Source of the DNA: Diadema antillarum
Taxonomy: Eukaryota
Direction: 5' to 3'
DNA length: 64,000 nucleotides
Assembly (NCBI RefSeq): GCF_040938485.1
Contig: NW_027271430.1
Coordinates: 930,001-994,000 of the forward strand
Made by a program: the position numbers and the translations under genes. Below the pieces are notes generated by a model. It searched no databases and was not told the origin of the DNA. It saw only the letters and a list, made by a program, of their open reading frames with translations. Of the stretch, positions 22,043-35,851 are shown piece by piece (position 1 is the stretch's first letter; each line of letters begins with the position of its first letter).

Positions 22043-24625
22043 TTATAGTTCACTTCGGCTGACTCGGGGCCCACGCTTCTTCTGCTTCTTTTCTTTCTTC
22101 TTGGGCTTGCTGGGCATCTCAAACATCTGATATAGACGAATGAAACCATGAAGGACACAAGAGAAAGAACAGAGATGTCATCCCATTCCAGTCTGATGAC
22201 AGCATCATTGCAAACTATGACCTGATACAAAACTACCTCAGTTCATTTCTGCCAATAAATATATTCTCAAGTAGTAAAATATGTCTCCCTCTGACATTCA
22301 TGCTAATTATTGGAAGAAAATTTTGTACGAAAACTGCCGATTCACAGTCGCTAATAAGAAATTGACTAAAGCAAGACGAGTGGATATACTGTAAAAGTGG
22401 TTTCCTTCGTGGTGGTTTTATTTTCGCGCTTTTCGTGCTTTGAGGTTGAACCGCGAATTTAACATCACGAGAAAATGTTTTGAACTCGCCGCTTGTTACA
22501 ACGCTATTGCGCACATGCACACACAAAGATTCCGCGCATTGAGTGTATTGATGGTCAATACAAACACAGCGTACCACTTAATAGGTACAAGCATGTCATA
22601 AAGTACTCGAGAGACGGGATTTCAGGTAAGCCTGCATTTAATTTTAATTTCTATTTAATAAATAAAAGAATAATTGGATGATAGTTTGGGTTTTCATGTG
22701 CAAAATAAAACAGTTTTTGCCGACTGTCAATTAACAGATTTTGCCAACTGCGAATTTAAACACACGTGAAAAAGTCGGCACCGATGGAAACCACAAAAGT
22801 ATCTGTACGCGAAAGAAACCACTTTTACAGTAGGAGGTGGATGCTTCCACTGTTTGTAGTCTCGCCATATCAGACATTAAGCGTAACGGCACAGACAATA
22901 GCTGCATCCTCTGCCTAGATGATAGGCTTGGATATGAGAGGAATAAGAATACCTGGTATCCTTTGTATTGTATCATTGTAGTGCTGTATCCCTGTGGTGT
23001 CGTTATCACCTTGGACTGATGACTTTTCAGAAATCAGGGGTTTTAGTGTCATGACTATTGACCAAACATCTGGTTGTTGTATCTTTCTGAACAAACCTAT
23101 GAAAGCAGTGAGTTAATGATCATGTCATCATCTCATTTGCATATGTAGTTGTGACCAATTTCACTGTTTCATGAAAGCATTTAATCATCCTGTACTGTCT
23201 TATATCAACACAAGTTCCATATTGATGACATTTCTATTGTTCTGTCTGATTTTTCTGTACTACATAAAGTAATATTGAAACATTACATTTGATAACTCAC
23301 CTGATCACTTAATTGGCTGTATGGGTTGACAAAGTTAGGATCTCTGGGGATGAAATTAAGTTCTTGCGATGCCTGTCAAAAAAGCAAAAAACACACAAAA
23401 TATCTCAGACAAAATATGATCAATTTGAATAAATTACAGCCACACAAACGATATCTAAGGTATCACTATTCCAAATGGACATTATATATTTAAGATTGAA
23501 ATTCAGTCATAAGATGATGAAACATGAAAGTTACACATAGTAGCATAATATAAGCTATTTCAACTAGTGGTTTTTAAGGTGAAATTAACCAGTGAGCAAA
23601 TTAGCTACCATTTTTATGTATTGAGCACCTGAAATCTCTGTTTTGATTACAATGCTGAAAGCAGTGTTACTTTCTGAAATCATACTCTTAAATCTTACCA
23701 GATCTCCATATCTTTTTTTTTCCTTTTTCTTTTTTTTTTTGTCTTGAGCATAATGCATTTTTGTCAAGTTTTTCCTTTCTCTTTATTTCTGCTGTACCAT
23801 AAACTGTAATATAGTATCTAGTAAGAAATTAAACTTTTTTTTTCTTCCTGCTATAGACTTTGTAAGGTAGATATATACACTTTGATCTTGAACTGGGATA
23901 ATGGAAACTGGACAGCTGCATTTCAAGTGAAGGCTGTGCGTGAGACCAGACTAAGCCTACAATCAAAGGAGATACACGTATTTACCAGATTTAAGAGAGC
24001 CTGGTGTGAGTCGTCATAGTAACCAGTGTCCTGAGCAAACAGGAAAGCCCACTGTAGGATGTCTGTCCACTCCTTGTTCTTTTTTAACAGAGCGTGCGTC
24101 ACGTCAGGTAATCGCAAGGCAATGTCAGCAACAAATGCAACATTTTCCAGGATTAATGAGATTGCTGTAAGAAAAAGAAATCAAAATAATGACAAATGTC
24201 TCTCTTGACCTGCCCATCTACAGACTTCGGGGTTGAACATATGAAATGCGCTGAAACACAATCAAACATTTCCTCTTCCCCTACATCAAATACGAATGCA
24301 AAGAAGGAATTATTTATAAAAGAATTGTCCTTCATTAAACATAGATTTTATTTATAAACTCATAAAGCATTGTAATTGATACTTATCCTTCCTTTATGAA
24401 ACACATGATTTTGAAGACACTATTTGTAGCTCTAGATTATTGTGAAACTATGGACTTAATGTGTCCATTAGTAGTGTATGCAGACTAAACGTAAGAGATA
24501 GATCTTGTTACCGCATTTCTTTCATGTGTCACTATTACTAGTAAGAGTTCTACATTGAATTAAACAGAGGAAAGTACCATAAATGCCATCCTTGTTTAAA
24601 CACACACACACATACACACACACAT

Positions 24626-24664
<39 letters not shown>

Positions 24665-26242
24665 GAATGAAAACAGGCATGGTAGATCATTTGCAGAGAA
24701 TGTTGATTTTCCAGTAGAGTTGGGAAAATTAGAAGACATACTTTACAACAACAACAACAACAAAAACCAAGTGGACATAATGTCAGCTGACAAGCTTATA
24801 AAACAGACAATACAGGCATAACTCACTGTCCTTTAGAGTCTGCTCCGTTGGAAAGGTGGAACTGGTCTGAAATTGCTCTTTATTCAGAAAAATTCTTGAC
24901 TGAAGCAGCATCTGAATTTTAAGATAAAAACAAAAGACAAAGACAAAACATTAAAAACTGCCAATCATCAGCATTATGTCTTCCCTCACAATACACAAAC
25001 TCATCAATCTAACTTCCAAAGATATTAACTGTCCATATCAACTATGCACACGTGCAGCTGGCATTTCAACAGCTGGGATATAAATTTATCATAAAGATTT
25101 CTTTCTACTTTGTTTTGTTTGTTATGACATTCCTGCATCTATTTAAGTGAAGTTGAATACAATATAATACCACAATGTATAGGACTTTTATTTGCAGACA
25201 TGAAATAATGTTTATCCTAACTTTGACGACAGACGGTCTCACATCTGCATAGATCACTCGTCAAAATTGGTAAACTTTTTCATATCTGGGCTTTTGCAAA
25301 GCTTACTAATACTATTGGATGTTTCAACGATTATATTACCACATCTACACCAAATATGAAATCTTTGTTGATAGTATGCTTCTCATCTCATTTGTCCTTA
25401 AACCGTTTGTCTTCTTACATCCACAACTGTACATATCATGCTCTATCTAGACCATAGACATGACATGACATTCAGTGGAATGCATTTTCAATACTACCCC
25501 CAAGTCAGTCCGGTTCGGCTCAGTTGGAGCTCACTTGTCCTGCTGTGGCATGAATTTGATCACACCAACCCGTCCTTTGCAGCTGCTCAACGTGACGCAG
25601 CTGTACAACTCAATCTTCCGCGTGGATCTTGTGTCTTCGAACCAAGATGTAATCCATTTCCCCTCCCTTCCTTTCACTTTCTACCTTTCCATGCAGGAAT
25701 GTCTTTTCCTTTGCTGTTTCCTCTCGTGGTTTGTCCATGAGGAGTGGCAGCATTCGTATTACCATACTCCTGTGTTGGACTTACAGTTACCCTTAAACAA
25801 TTTTGTCTATAAAACCACTCATTCATTCTGCCTCATCTACCTAGCTATAAAAACATAAATCTGAACAGAGAGTTAAAAAATTTAGCTGAATTTTCCTTTA
25901 GTCATACCATAGGAGTCACAGTGAAAATTATACTGATTTTTCTAAATCTTCCTTTTTTTCAACATAAAATTTACATACATCTTAAGTCCTCAAAAATAAT
26001 GAGTTTCTAATGTTTTGATCAAAGAAATGTGCCGTTACTGTGGATATGAAGGCTACAACAATTTGTGATGTCACAGTCTTAGTGAAAAGTTAAAGACTTC
26101 AAGAAGGACCCACATATTATTTAACTTTTCTAGCATAATAAAAGAATACTCGACTTACCTCCTTCAGAAGGCAGGGGGGAATAATACCGGTACTACCTTT
26201 AAGCTATGTCAATAGCAAGTCACATGGAAATGTGCTTTTCAC

Positions 26243-26277
<35 letters not shown>

Positions 26278-29200
26278 GGCTTCCGTACATATGGGACAAA
26301 ATAACATTTAGATAAAGAAAGGTTTCAACATATCACCCATCAAATCATATCCTCAGTTCTTGAACCTATTTTCCACATATTTTCCCATAAACAATAAACT
26401 TATAAAAAAACCAACTTATTTTCCCATAAACACTGAACTTATAAAAGCTGGTTTAAAATGTTGACTCAGCCCCCCCCCCCCCCCCCCAACCTTTCACAGA
26501 TTTATCAATACTTCACTCTTACTTTAAATTTGATATTATTTTGATGGATACACCTGTGGTTATCACGCAGTGATATGCATGGATAAAGCTCAAATATCAT
26601 TTTAGCTCCTGAAGGCAAGATGTTCTGTTCAACATGTACCATGCTGGTTATAGTCTTAAAGCAAAGGTTATATTGACTTCTTCCCCTAATCTGTCAACTC
26701 ATGGTATATCAGCTTGGGTGTCACACAGAGTTCCCATTCATTTGTTGGAAAGCCTCCATCAATGCTTATACATGGGATCTAAATCTAGAGTTTTCTTTTC
26801 ATGATGTTACAAATCTGGTGAAGCAAATTGTGCTCAGATTTGGTAAACTGTTGAAGATACAATTGTACCGCAACCCCACAGTTCCCTAGTAATGGTAACC
26901 AGTAATGGTCAACACGTAGTATCTTTGAACTTTGAATGTTTATTGAAACACCCTTTCAGCCAGCCATACTGTGGCACATGAGACATTGAATTGAATTGAA
27001 TTGAATTGAATTGAATTGAATTGAATTGAATTGAATTGAAATGAATTGAACTAAATTAAACTGAATTGAATTGAACCTTGGGTATAATCTGCACTTGCCC
27101 TTGATGATGCAGGTAAGCTGAGACTACAAGCCAATCAACATTGAATTTATAGGAGTTTAATCTCTGATAACATTATTGGGGTCAACCATCCTGAGCAGTG
27201 GTAACCCTAAGCACTTTACAGATCTCGCATGTAACATCATAGTAGATTGGTACCGTATTCCCAATGCTGTGTTTGTGCAATACATAATGTACATCAGCAC
27301 ATCACAGCAGGCTCACAGAGTTGGGATTCTTCTGATCAATGGTTGTGACAAAATCTCCTCGATCTCTGATAAATCAAAACTGACAAGAAACTGCCATACA
27401 TAAGTCATGTATATTGAACTGGGGACCACCTCACTTTTGGCTTAAAGAACCTTTAAACAATGTCATACCACATTGTGAGCTAAATCCAACTTACAATTAC
27501 ATGCTATTTTTTTAAATATTTTTTTAGCATGAAAAATACGGTAGTCAAAAACTATATTTTCGTGGTCTATGTTTCATCCATTTCCCCCATATTTTTACAC
27601 TCGTTCTGCAAAATAGTTTAAAAATATATTTTTTTAACTTAAATTTCTGGTTCCAATACTGCATGAAAAAAAATATTTTCTTGGTATGCTATTTTCAAGC
27701 TATTTTTTCTATATTTTTAGCACGAAAAATAGTGAGAAACTATATTTTCATGGTCTGTTTTTTGACTATTTTCCCCCATATTTTTAGACTAGTTCATTTC
27801 GGGCAGAGATACCACAGCTTTGCTCAGAATTGAGTTACTCCAGTTTACATAAATAACATTATTCTTTAGTTCTATCACCTCAGATCTGCATGAAGCAGCA
27901 TGACATACAGTGCACTCCCGTTACAACGCACACGGTTATAACGAAATTTCGTTATAACGAAGTAAAACTTCTGGTCCCAAAATTATCGCCATTAATGTCT
28001 ATGATACAAAATTCGCTTATAACGAACACGGTTATAGCAAAATTTTCGTTACAAGGAAGTCTTTTCCGAGCCCAACGGAAATATGCTCCATTATAACGAA
28101 ATGCGGATCGCTTTCGAAAATTCGTAGCGGAACAAGCATGGGCGAACGCTTTACATCACGGTGCGTTCGCTCCGTGTGTCACGCACAGTTTCCGTCAATT
28201 TTATGCTCTCTTTAATGTAATATCCAAACGAAATTTAAAAGGTACAGTGTACCATTCCGTTTCACATATCTGCACAGTGTAAGATGAGTATTCAACATAC
28301 AGAATATGATATATGCGTGGTTCCCTTGTTTTTGTTATATATTGTATTTGTTCGGTTATAACGAAATTTCGTTATAACGAAAGAAAACTGCCGGTCCAAA
28401 GCATTTCGTTATAACGGGAGTGCACTGTAATATTCATGCATAACATGTTAATGATTTCAATACAACAGCTCCTTCAGCTCTGAAATTCCTTCATACTGGA
28501 CATGACGCAAAAGAATGCTCATCAGGCTGAGAGGAAGATGAAAGTGAGAGGAGATGAGTACACACCACCAGAGTGGCATTCATTAGAAACCGAAACAGAC
28601 GCCACTTGATGTATCCATTGTGTTTTATGCCATACCACAGTCTATCCACTATGAAGACAGTGTAGATGCATTTCTACGTCCTTCCAGGATTAATCCATTA
28701 CACTCAATTTATATTCAAATGGATTAAAACAAGTATTGATGGTTTGTGATGCAGATACATCATACAGGAATCTAAGACCTGATTCACGCACACAGCTAAT
28801 TCTTCTGCAAATATGCAAATTTATGAAGATAAGGGTGATAATGCATGCCATCAGGTCAACTGTAAAGGGGGGGGGGGTGTCCTGAAGAATGTGGTATCAA
28901 AGGTACGACTCCTTATCAGTGAACTATTGTGAGGGATCTCAAACTGACATGGGCTGAGTGATTAATTAACTGAGCACTTGTACAAAAGACATAAGCTTCT
29001 ACTCATGTTAGCCGTAAGTAATTAAAGGTAACTTTGGGCACAGCATGATAGATCCTATCGCATCACTCACATTAAACTGACTGAGAGATGACCTCAAGGG
29101 GGAACAAAGATGGAACAGAAATTGCACTATACTGCAATACTACCAATACCTTATATGTCAGAATTGACAAACATTTAGTACTACTTCAGAAGCAAACTGG

Positions 29201-32102
29201 CAAAAACTACATATCAAAGAATTGCATATGAAAGCCTTCATGAATTAATACATTTAGTATTCTATCTTGGCGAGAAAAATCATATTTGCATTTAGCAATC
29301 TTTACTTAGATATTCAGGATTTTTGTGCCATTATTCTACTGATCACTCAACAGGATAGTTTCCATCAAATTTGCATCCCTAACTCCCTCTTCACCTGGCA
29401 AAGAAATGGCATAGTTTGTAGTCTCCCCCTTTTATTTTCTCTCATTGTACAAAGGCATTATCAGTTACTAGTAATAATCTAATGTGCCTACATTCCGTTA
29501 CAAGCCATTAAGTAATATTCAATCCATCATTTTAAAAGCTACAATCTATTTTCCCCCACCTTATGAGACCCCTACAATGTACTGTGGTGACATTAACATG
29601 AGCAACTGGTGAATGGCAGTTTCTGTGTCAAAAGACAATGATAGAACTTTGCCACGAAGGGTTTGTGTGCTGCATGCAGTTTGGTGATAAATTTTGCTGT
29701 GAATACAAGAGTGTGGCTGTCAGCACATAACAGTACCCGCAAACAAAACCTGTGACTGTACGAGTAGCATTGCAGTAGGGATTATGAATTATGAATAGGA
29801 GCAGCAATCCTCCCAATGGGAAAAGCGAACGTGGCATGAAATGAGTACAATCCACACACTGTGAGAGTCTCTCAATCTGCTTGATGACTAATCAAACTCT
29901 ATATGGAATGAATGCAACCATCGTGAGCACACCACCATGACTGTCTTGTGCTGGAATACAGGCTACTGTAAAACCAGAAATGTCAACGTACATTTTAATT
30001 TCGCTAATTTCACGAGAGCCAAGATCTGCGAAATTAAAATGCACAGGAACGTTCTTGTCTACAGTAATGCATTGAATGCCAGAGGCAACTCATGGAAATT
30101 TCATGCTGCGAAAAGGGCTGTTGGCTTCAATTCAAGAAAATTTCATGCCATGAAAACATCTTGCTTTACAGTAACACTTGTGAGGCCAGGGAATTTGCCT
30201 CATAATCTTGCTGTCTCAAAGAGCAGATTAATCATGTAAGTGTGAAAATCAAGGGGAAAGGAGAAAAGATGACAAATTTCCCTTCCATGAAAATGCATCT
30301 TCCACACATAGATTCTACACCATTTTCCCTCCCAGCATGGCCTGTCACATCAATGAAGTTTTGATGAATACTCACTGTTCGCTTTTGGCAATTTCTTCAT
30401 GCATGGTTTATGTACACCCGTAAACATTTTCACTCCAGGCTTGTGCAGCATGCAAACATCATACTAGTAAATCTTTTGTCTCACCAAAAGAACTGCGAGA
30501 ATGCTCATCAACATGTAAGTGAAAAAAAAAAAAAATCAGTCATTCATATTTCAGAGCATTTCTAGTACTCCAGACAAAACCCAGCAGCACACAATCTGCA
30601 CACTGTATCTTTCCATTTCAAAACAAAATACTGATATAGATTAAAGTTTTCAGCTATGCAATTGCATGTACATTGTAAGTCCTTTTTTCGAAAATCAAAA
30701 CAATATAGGCCTACACCCTGTAATCATTTTAAATTCATATTTGGATATACACTGTACACATACATGTATCTTCAAATCTCTTTTTAGAAAGAAAATTGCT
30801 TCTCTCAAAGATATTAGTAAGAAGTTGAAATTTTCACACACAAGACAATACTTTGCATGACCAATGGGTGATGGTTCGTCAATTGATGATACTCAAGATT
30901 GACACAAGGGATTTGAACATTGCCATGTCTGGACAAACATGGTGCACCAAGCTTTTTCCATGCATTGTACAGTTTAGCAACTAAATTGATGAATGTGGTG
31001 AGCAAGCATTACCCACAGCTTTCTAGAAATATGACTTTCTGTTATCATTCTTTTCCCTGCTTGGAATGATGTTTTACATAATGTATGTATAATACACAGT
31101 CAACCACACTCGAGTCAAATTCAAAGGGACTGATGAAAACCCTGACATAAATTAATTTTGACTCACACATTAAGATTCCTACATATATCTATCCACTAGC
31201 AGAATTTTCACTAATTGTACCTACCTTTAAATACAGATGCACATTAGAATGCCACACTTCATTGTTTAATGGGGAAAAATAATAAAATAGACAATTCAAA
31301 GAACATGTTCAGCATCACAAGATTGACTTCCTTTAGACTTTAAGAATGGAGTGGCTTTGGAATATGCACTCAAAGCTTTCTGTCTGTGTCAATAGGTCTA
31401 CATTATTCTCTCTGTCGGCGGCTGAAAGTAAATTTGTCATACGTAAAAAAAGGCATTGGGAAGAATCTTATTCAATAAGGTCATTCTCACTTGCCAAAAT
31501 CACATATAAACTTGGAAAATTTTACTCTTTCTTCACATTTGATTTGTTTGTAAACCAGAATGCCTCAAAATTTTACTAAATTTCTTCATCTATCTGACTG
31601 CATATGTGCATCCTTTGCTTGCTTGAGATGCAAATTATAGACGTTATTGGGAAGTGCTGGTTGTTGTGTGAAGAATACTTTCAAGATTTCTAGTGTCAAA
31701 TTTACACCCTGTTAACAAAACTTGCAGAATTGAATAATTGCAAAGTTGCAGAAAATCTTAAGATTTGAACTTGAGCTTGTGTCCATATTTGAATAAAAAA
31801 ATGATGCTGATCTTCTCAAAGTTTGAGATATTGTGGTGTTTGGATTTACCCATGAATGTCCCTTATTCATCTCAGCAAGATATGACTTCATATGATGGAG
31901 AGGCATGATTTCTGCAATCACTGTTAACAGCACAGCACTAGATATCTACACGAACTGATCTAATGCTCATATTCCATCATTTCAGTGTTTGTGTTTGTAC
32001 AGAGCATACATTGGTGACATCGCCACATCTTTGTGGAAAGAAAAACATCAATCACAACTTATTAAACACTCCTCACAGGGAGGCACTCAGCCAGTGGGGT
32101 GA

Positions 32103-32135
<33 letters not shown>

Positions 32136-35100
32136 TGCAGTATCAACTAGAAAGTTTCAGAGGATATTCAAACCTCTTGTAGTTCTCCCTTGGGTAGATT
32201 TCATCTTCGCAATGTAATGAGGATTGATAAATGGGCACGCACAGTCACTTCTTCACTCAAGTAATTTTCACTTGGGTACATATTTACATGGTACACATTT
32301 GTACGTTCAGCTGTAGTAAAGGGCCTGCTGTTGAGCGACCTGATATTTCAGTGAAGAGTCCTGTAATACCTGAAGTTGTTTGCTAAAAATGGGGAGGGGG
32401 CACGCAACTCTTGGGAAGTGGAGTTGTGTACCTGAGCAAACATGCTTGCTTTTACTGTCCACAGCCCCTGTGGGTTCTAATCACAAATTTTTGTTGACTA
32501 TTAGGTCACTAAAAGGTTAGTGAAGCTAACAAAGATAATATGATGTACTGCATATCTCACAAACAATGGACTGACGGCAAGCTAGAATGTTACACATGTA
32601 TGTTCAGTTACTGCATGTACTTGGCAAATGGTAATATTTGTCATCAAAACAAGTATGCTTTCTTTTCCTGCCAATGAAACCAGTTGCGACTGACAATCAG
32701 AGATGCAAAAGAATATCAGAAATATTCTTTAAATAAATTGTTGTGATACCATTCGAGGAAAATGTTGTAGATTTTTGGTTTAAAGGTGCATTCCACATCC
32801 CCTGGTAATATTTCACATCGGGAGTATGTAACTGGTAAATCAATAGTTCTTTAAATACATTCGTATTCCTCATCCCAATCACTAAAACTTCTGAAACTCT
32901 GTGCCCAGTTATAATCAATTTATAGATGTTCAAATGCAAAATCCTTAAAAAGAAAAAAAAAATGATCTTGACATCTCTTAGTAATACTTAAGGCATTATT
33001 TCAAAATGGCCAAGAAAGAGACTCCAAGATATCCCACACTTGAAACTGATCTATTTTTTTTTGTTTTTTTTTTTTGTTTGAGGACATTTTCTCTCTGGTT
33101 GTGAATATACCATGAAGTCTGATTCTCTGACAGAGGTTGTAGCTGTACAGGGAAATTGGCCCAGAAAACAATAAATAAAACAATGCAAAACAAAAACATT
33201 TCAGCAAGACAAAAATAACAAAACAAGCACACATTAGCCAGGCTTGAATGAATTCTGAACACACAGCAATGACCAACAATGTCACACACCTCTTCCATTT
33301 TCTCTAGTAGCATGGCGACCATTTTGAATTGTTTCTCATGCTCATATGACTCAAACAGACTCTGTAAGGCTGGCACATGCTGACGTCTCTTCTCCAGAAA
33401 CAATCGACGATCTGCAGAGAACTGATGTCAAGGAATGTGGAACAAATCATTCATAAAATAATACTGATGAACTACTTGGTAATCTTATCTATGTGAGTAT
33501 TCATCATCAAGAGAGTTCTTCAAAGAAAGGACATAATGGTGCACTCCCACTATAACAAACACAATTAAAACAAATTTGTCACAATGAAGTAAAAATTCAG
33601 CTCTCCAAATTATACATCTTTATGATATCTTATTTGCTTAGGAATGATGAAATTTGTACCAAAAGAAAACTGCCAGTTCTGAGGAATTTATTATGATGGG
33701 TATTGCCTGTACAATACAATGGCACCGTGGGTAATGGGAATCACAGACTACAGTTGTACATGGTCAAGTGCAAGAATAACTTAGAAATCAAAATCAACAC
33801 ACTTGCTCCAAGCCATATAATTTCACATTATGATTTCTGAGGCACACTTCATTTGGGAGTTTGAAATTATTGGAGCTGTTATGGCAGCAATTAATGGCAG
33901 CAGCCTAAAGTCAGCCCGTAGGGTTTAACACTGTACAATTCTTGCAACTTACAATCATATTCATATGGATACCTTTACTATATTATGAGACTCTCGACAT
34001 GATTTCATTTCTCATAATCACATTTTCTATTAAATTTATGGGGGGAGGGTGTCAATGATTCATAATACTGTAAAAGTGGATATTTTCGCCGACTAATTTT
34101 TCGCGCTTGGCCGGGTAAGAAGAGTTTTGCGTGTTTTCAATTCCGCGGAATCAAGACATCACGCACAGGAACATACACTATGGCAAGCAAAAATATTCGC
34201 ATGATGCTTTTATTTTCGCGCTAGTTGCGCGAAATGTGCGAAAATTTCAACACTGCAAAAATTTCTACTTTTACAGTATAATTTTTGTTGACAGCTCATA
34301 CAAATAAGGCTATATGCTGTAACCACAGTTTCATCAGGTTTTCAGAATCATATCATCTGCTTTCAAGGCTTTGTATTAAAAACTACAAAAGTTATAGATC
34401 TAAATGCACATGATTTGAAGAAATGGTGAATTACATTGTATAGACTAATTATTACATCTTAACCAACTGAAATCAAAGAAAATCACTTACAGTGTGTATC
34501 TTGTAAAAAAAAAAAAAGATACAAAGACACAAAAATAAAACTGCATAAACTGGTTTGGCAAAAAAAGAATTGAAGTAATTTGCAAAATGTGCATGTAATA
34601 TGCGAACTTGCCAATGATTATTACATCACATCACATCACATCTGATACGGAAGTAGAGGACTGGTCCTGTAGTATTCCGGTCTCAACATAATATAATCAT
34701 CTTCAACTTTGTTGCTTTATGTGCGTTGAGGAGCAGAGGTTTTACATTCCCCCCCCCCCCCCAATGTCTGTCTAATAAATCTTTGAAATTATTAATCGAG
34801 GAAGCTTCAAAAACACTAGCAGGCAATCTGTTCCCGTCGGCAACTACTCTCTGGCTGAAAAATGTACTTCGCAGTTCTAATCTTGAACGTTTGGTGAAGA
34901 GCTTGTATCTATGACCTCTTGTTGATGAGTGGACATATTATTTATTACATAAATATTAAATGAACAGTTTAACTAACTCTTATTGCGCACACATTGCACT
35001 GGTTCTCTGTTTTTAGCTTTTATTCTAGATGCAGATCAAGAATTGGCGCTGCAATAACAAAACTTCATTTGATTTGGTACCAGTACATTCAGTACATAAT

Positions 35101-35851
35101 AAGTATACATAATGTAATGTTCTATCACTAAATACAATGTATCTGTAGTCATGCGTAAGCATTTCGGTGAAAATTATGATAATTCAATGAATCATAGATA
35201 GTCAATTCATGTTACTTAGCAAAATAAGTGTACGTAATTTCAGCATATCCCTTTAAACAGCAGAGACCTTTCTATCCCTTTAAATCTGTACACTGGCTCA
35301 TTGACATTGCATTCCACTGCAAGCAAGGAAGCTTGCAATTAATTGCAGGATTTACCATTCGATTAAGGGAGCTGCAATTAGATCTAATTGCAACTTTTTT
35401 TGCAACACCCCATCATTGGCATTAGATTTTCTTGGGTGGATTGCTCAAAACTGCAACTGTGTGGGGCACGTGTGGCCAAGTAAATAGGCATACGCCTCCC
35501 GAGTCCTGGATTGCCTTTTCTTCGTCTTCTTCTTCTTCTTCACCGTTGACTAGACTAGATCTAGACAGTTTCTTGATTGAACCTGTCTATTTCAAATGTG
35601 TTTTTATTGATGTCAGCTTAACCTGAGGTGAGTGTTCAATATACTGTTCATATGATATGATTCAGCTAAACGTAAACTTAGCTAAGCTACTCAACGTGAA
35701 GGATACATTCGGCAAGTTCCGGATCGTCCTCGTTGACAGCCCCATCCTTGGCCTTACGTCCAGCGGACTGCTTCCCCGCTCCTGCCAGCTGGACGACCGT
35801 ACTCGCCCACAAACTGGCGCTCACAAAGACAAGGAAATTTGGGAGCTTCAT
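22043..35851 (-). CDS. CCDC134: Coiled-coil domain-containing protein 134 (ER-luminal), 228 aa
   Basis: Exons 35851-35707, 33411-33290, 24911-24827, 24164-23986, 23372-23301, 22126-22043 (687 nt, phases 1/0/1/0/0). Signal peptide; YRRLFLEKRRQH; LILENVAFVADIALRLPD; WTDILQWAFLF; QELNFIPRDPNFVNPY; C-terminal KKRGPRVSRSEL* (KDEL-like). Colinear with recalled vertebrate CCDC134. Confidence 0.93.
22387..22832. mobile_element. TA-flanked MITE, CTGT...ACAG family (Tc1/mariner-like)
   Basis: TA CTGTAAAAGTGG...CCACTTTTACAG TA; CpG-rich TTTCGCG motifs. Confidence 0.8.
25480..25760 (-). mobile_element. Degenerate RTE-like LINE 3' fragment
   Basis: Minus-strand peptides FLHGKVESERK and KWITSWFEDTR resemble the RTE ORF C-terminus (..G.VEG.R.RGR..K.W.D.I..W); frameshifted. 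Confidence 0.4.
26986..27075. repeat. (GAATT)n pentanucleotide microsatellite
   Basis: Direct reading. Confidence 0.95.
27906..28429. mobile_element. TA-flanked MITE, CAGTGCACTCC family (pogo/Tigger-like)
   Basis: TA CAGTGCACTCCCGTTACAACG...CGTTATAACGGGAGTGCACTG TA; internal TTCGTTATAACGAA repeats. Confidence 0.85.
29964..30173. mobile_element. TA-flanked MITE, CTGT...ACAG family
   Basis: TA CTGTAAAAC...CTTTACAG TA. Confidence 0.7.
33427..33435 (-). promoter_or_regulatory. U12-type branch point of CCDC134 intron 1
   Basis: TTCCTTGAC on the minus strand; branch A about 16 nt upstream of the CAG acceptor at 33412. Confidence 0.8.
34066..34278. mobile_element. TA-flanked MITE, CTGT...ACAG family
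   Basis: TA CTGTAAAAGTGGA...TCTACTTTTACAG TA. Confidence 0.8.
34620..34925 (-). mobile_element. CR1-type LINE 3' end
   Basis: Minus strand encodes RGHRYKLFTKRSRLELRSTFFSQRVVADGNRLPASVFEASSINNFKDLLDRHW, followed by a 3' UTR ending in (GATGT)n. Confidence 0.8.
35699..35706 (-). promoter_or_regulatory. U12-type 5' splice site of CCDC134 intron 1
   Basis: GAAT|GTATCCTTC. Splicing here gives DDPELAE-Y-RRLF, matching the position of the Tyr in recalled vertebrate DPSLEI-Y-KKMF. Confidence 0.8.

Noticed and set aside
26150-26190. Resemblance to the U1 snRNA 5' end (ACTTACCT...GGCAGGGG), also at about 48215
   Set aside because: A 9-nt insertion breaks the match, no other U1 stem-loops or Sm site follow, and it is part of a short dispersed repeat.
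31712-31933. 73-aa minus-strand ORF inside CCDC134 intron 2
   Set aside because: The CCDC134 alignment is complete without it; no recognisable motif or partner exons.
35494-35582. Acidic exon candidate (EEEEEDEEK) in CCDC134 intron 1
   Set aside because: Arises from a (GAA)n tract; the U12 donor already gives a full-length 228-aa protein with the conserved Tyr. A minor alternative exon cannot be excluded.
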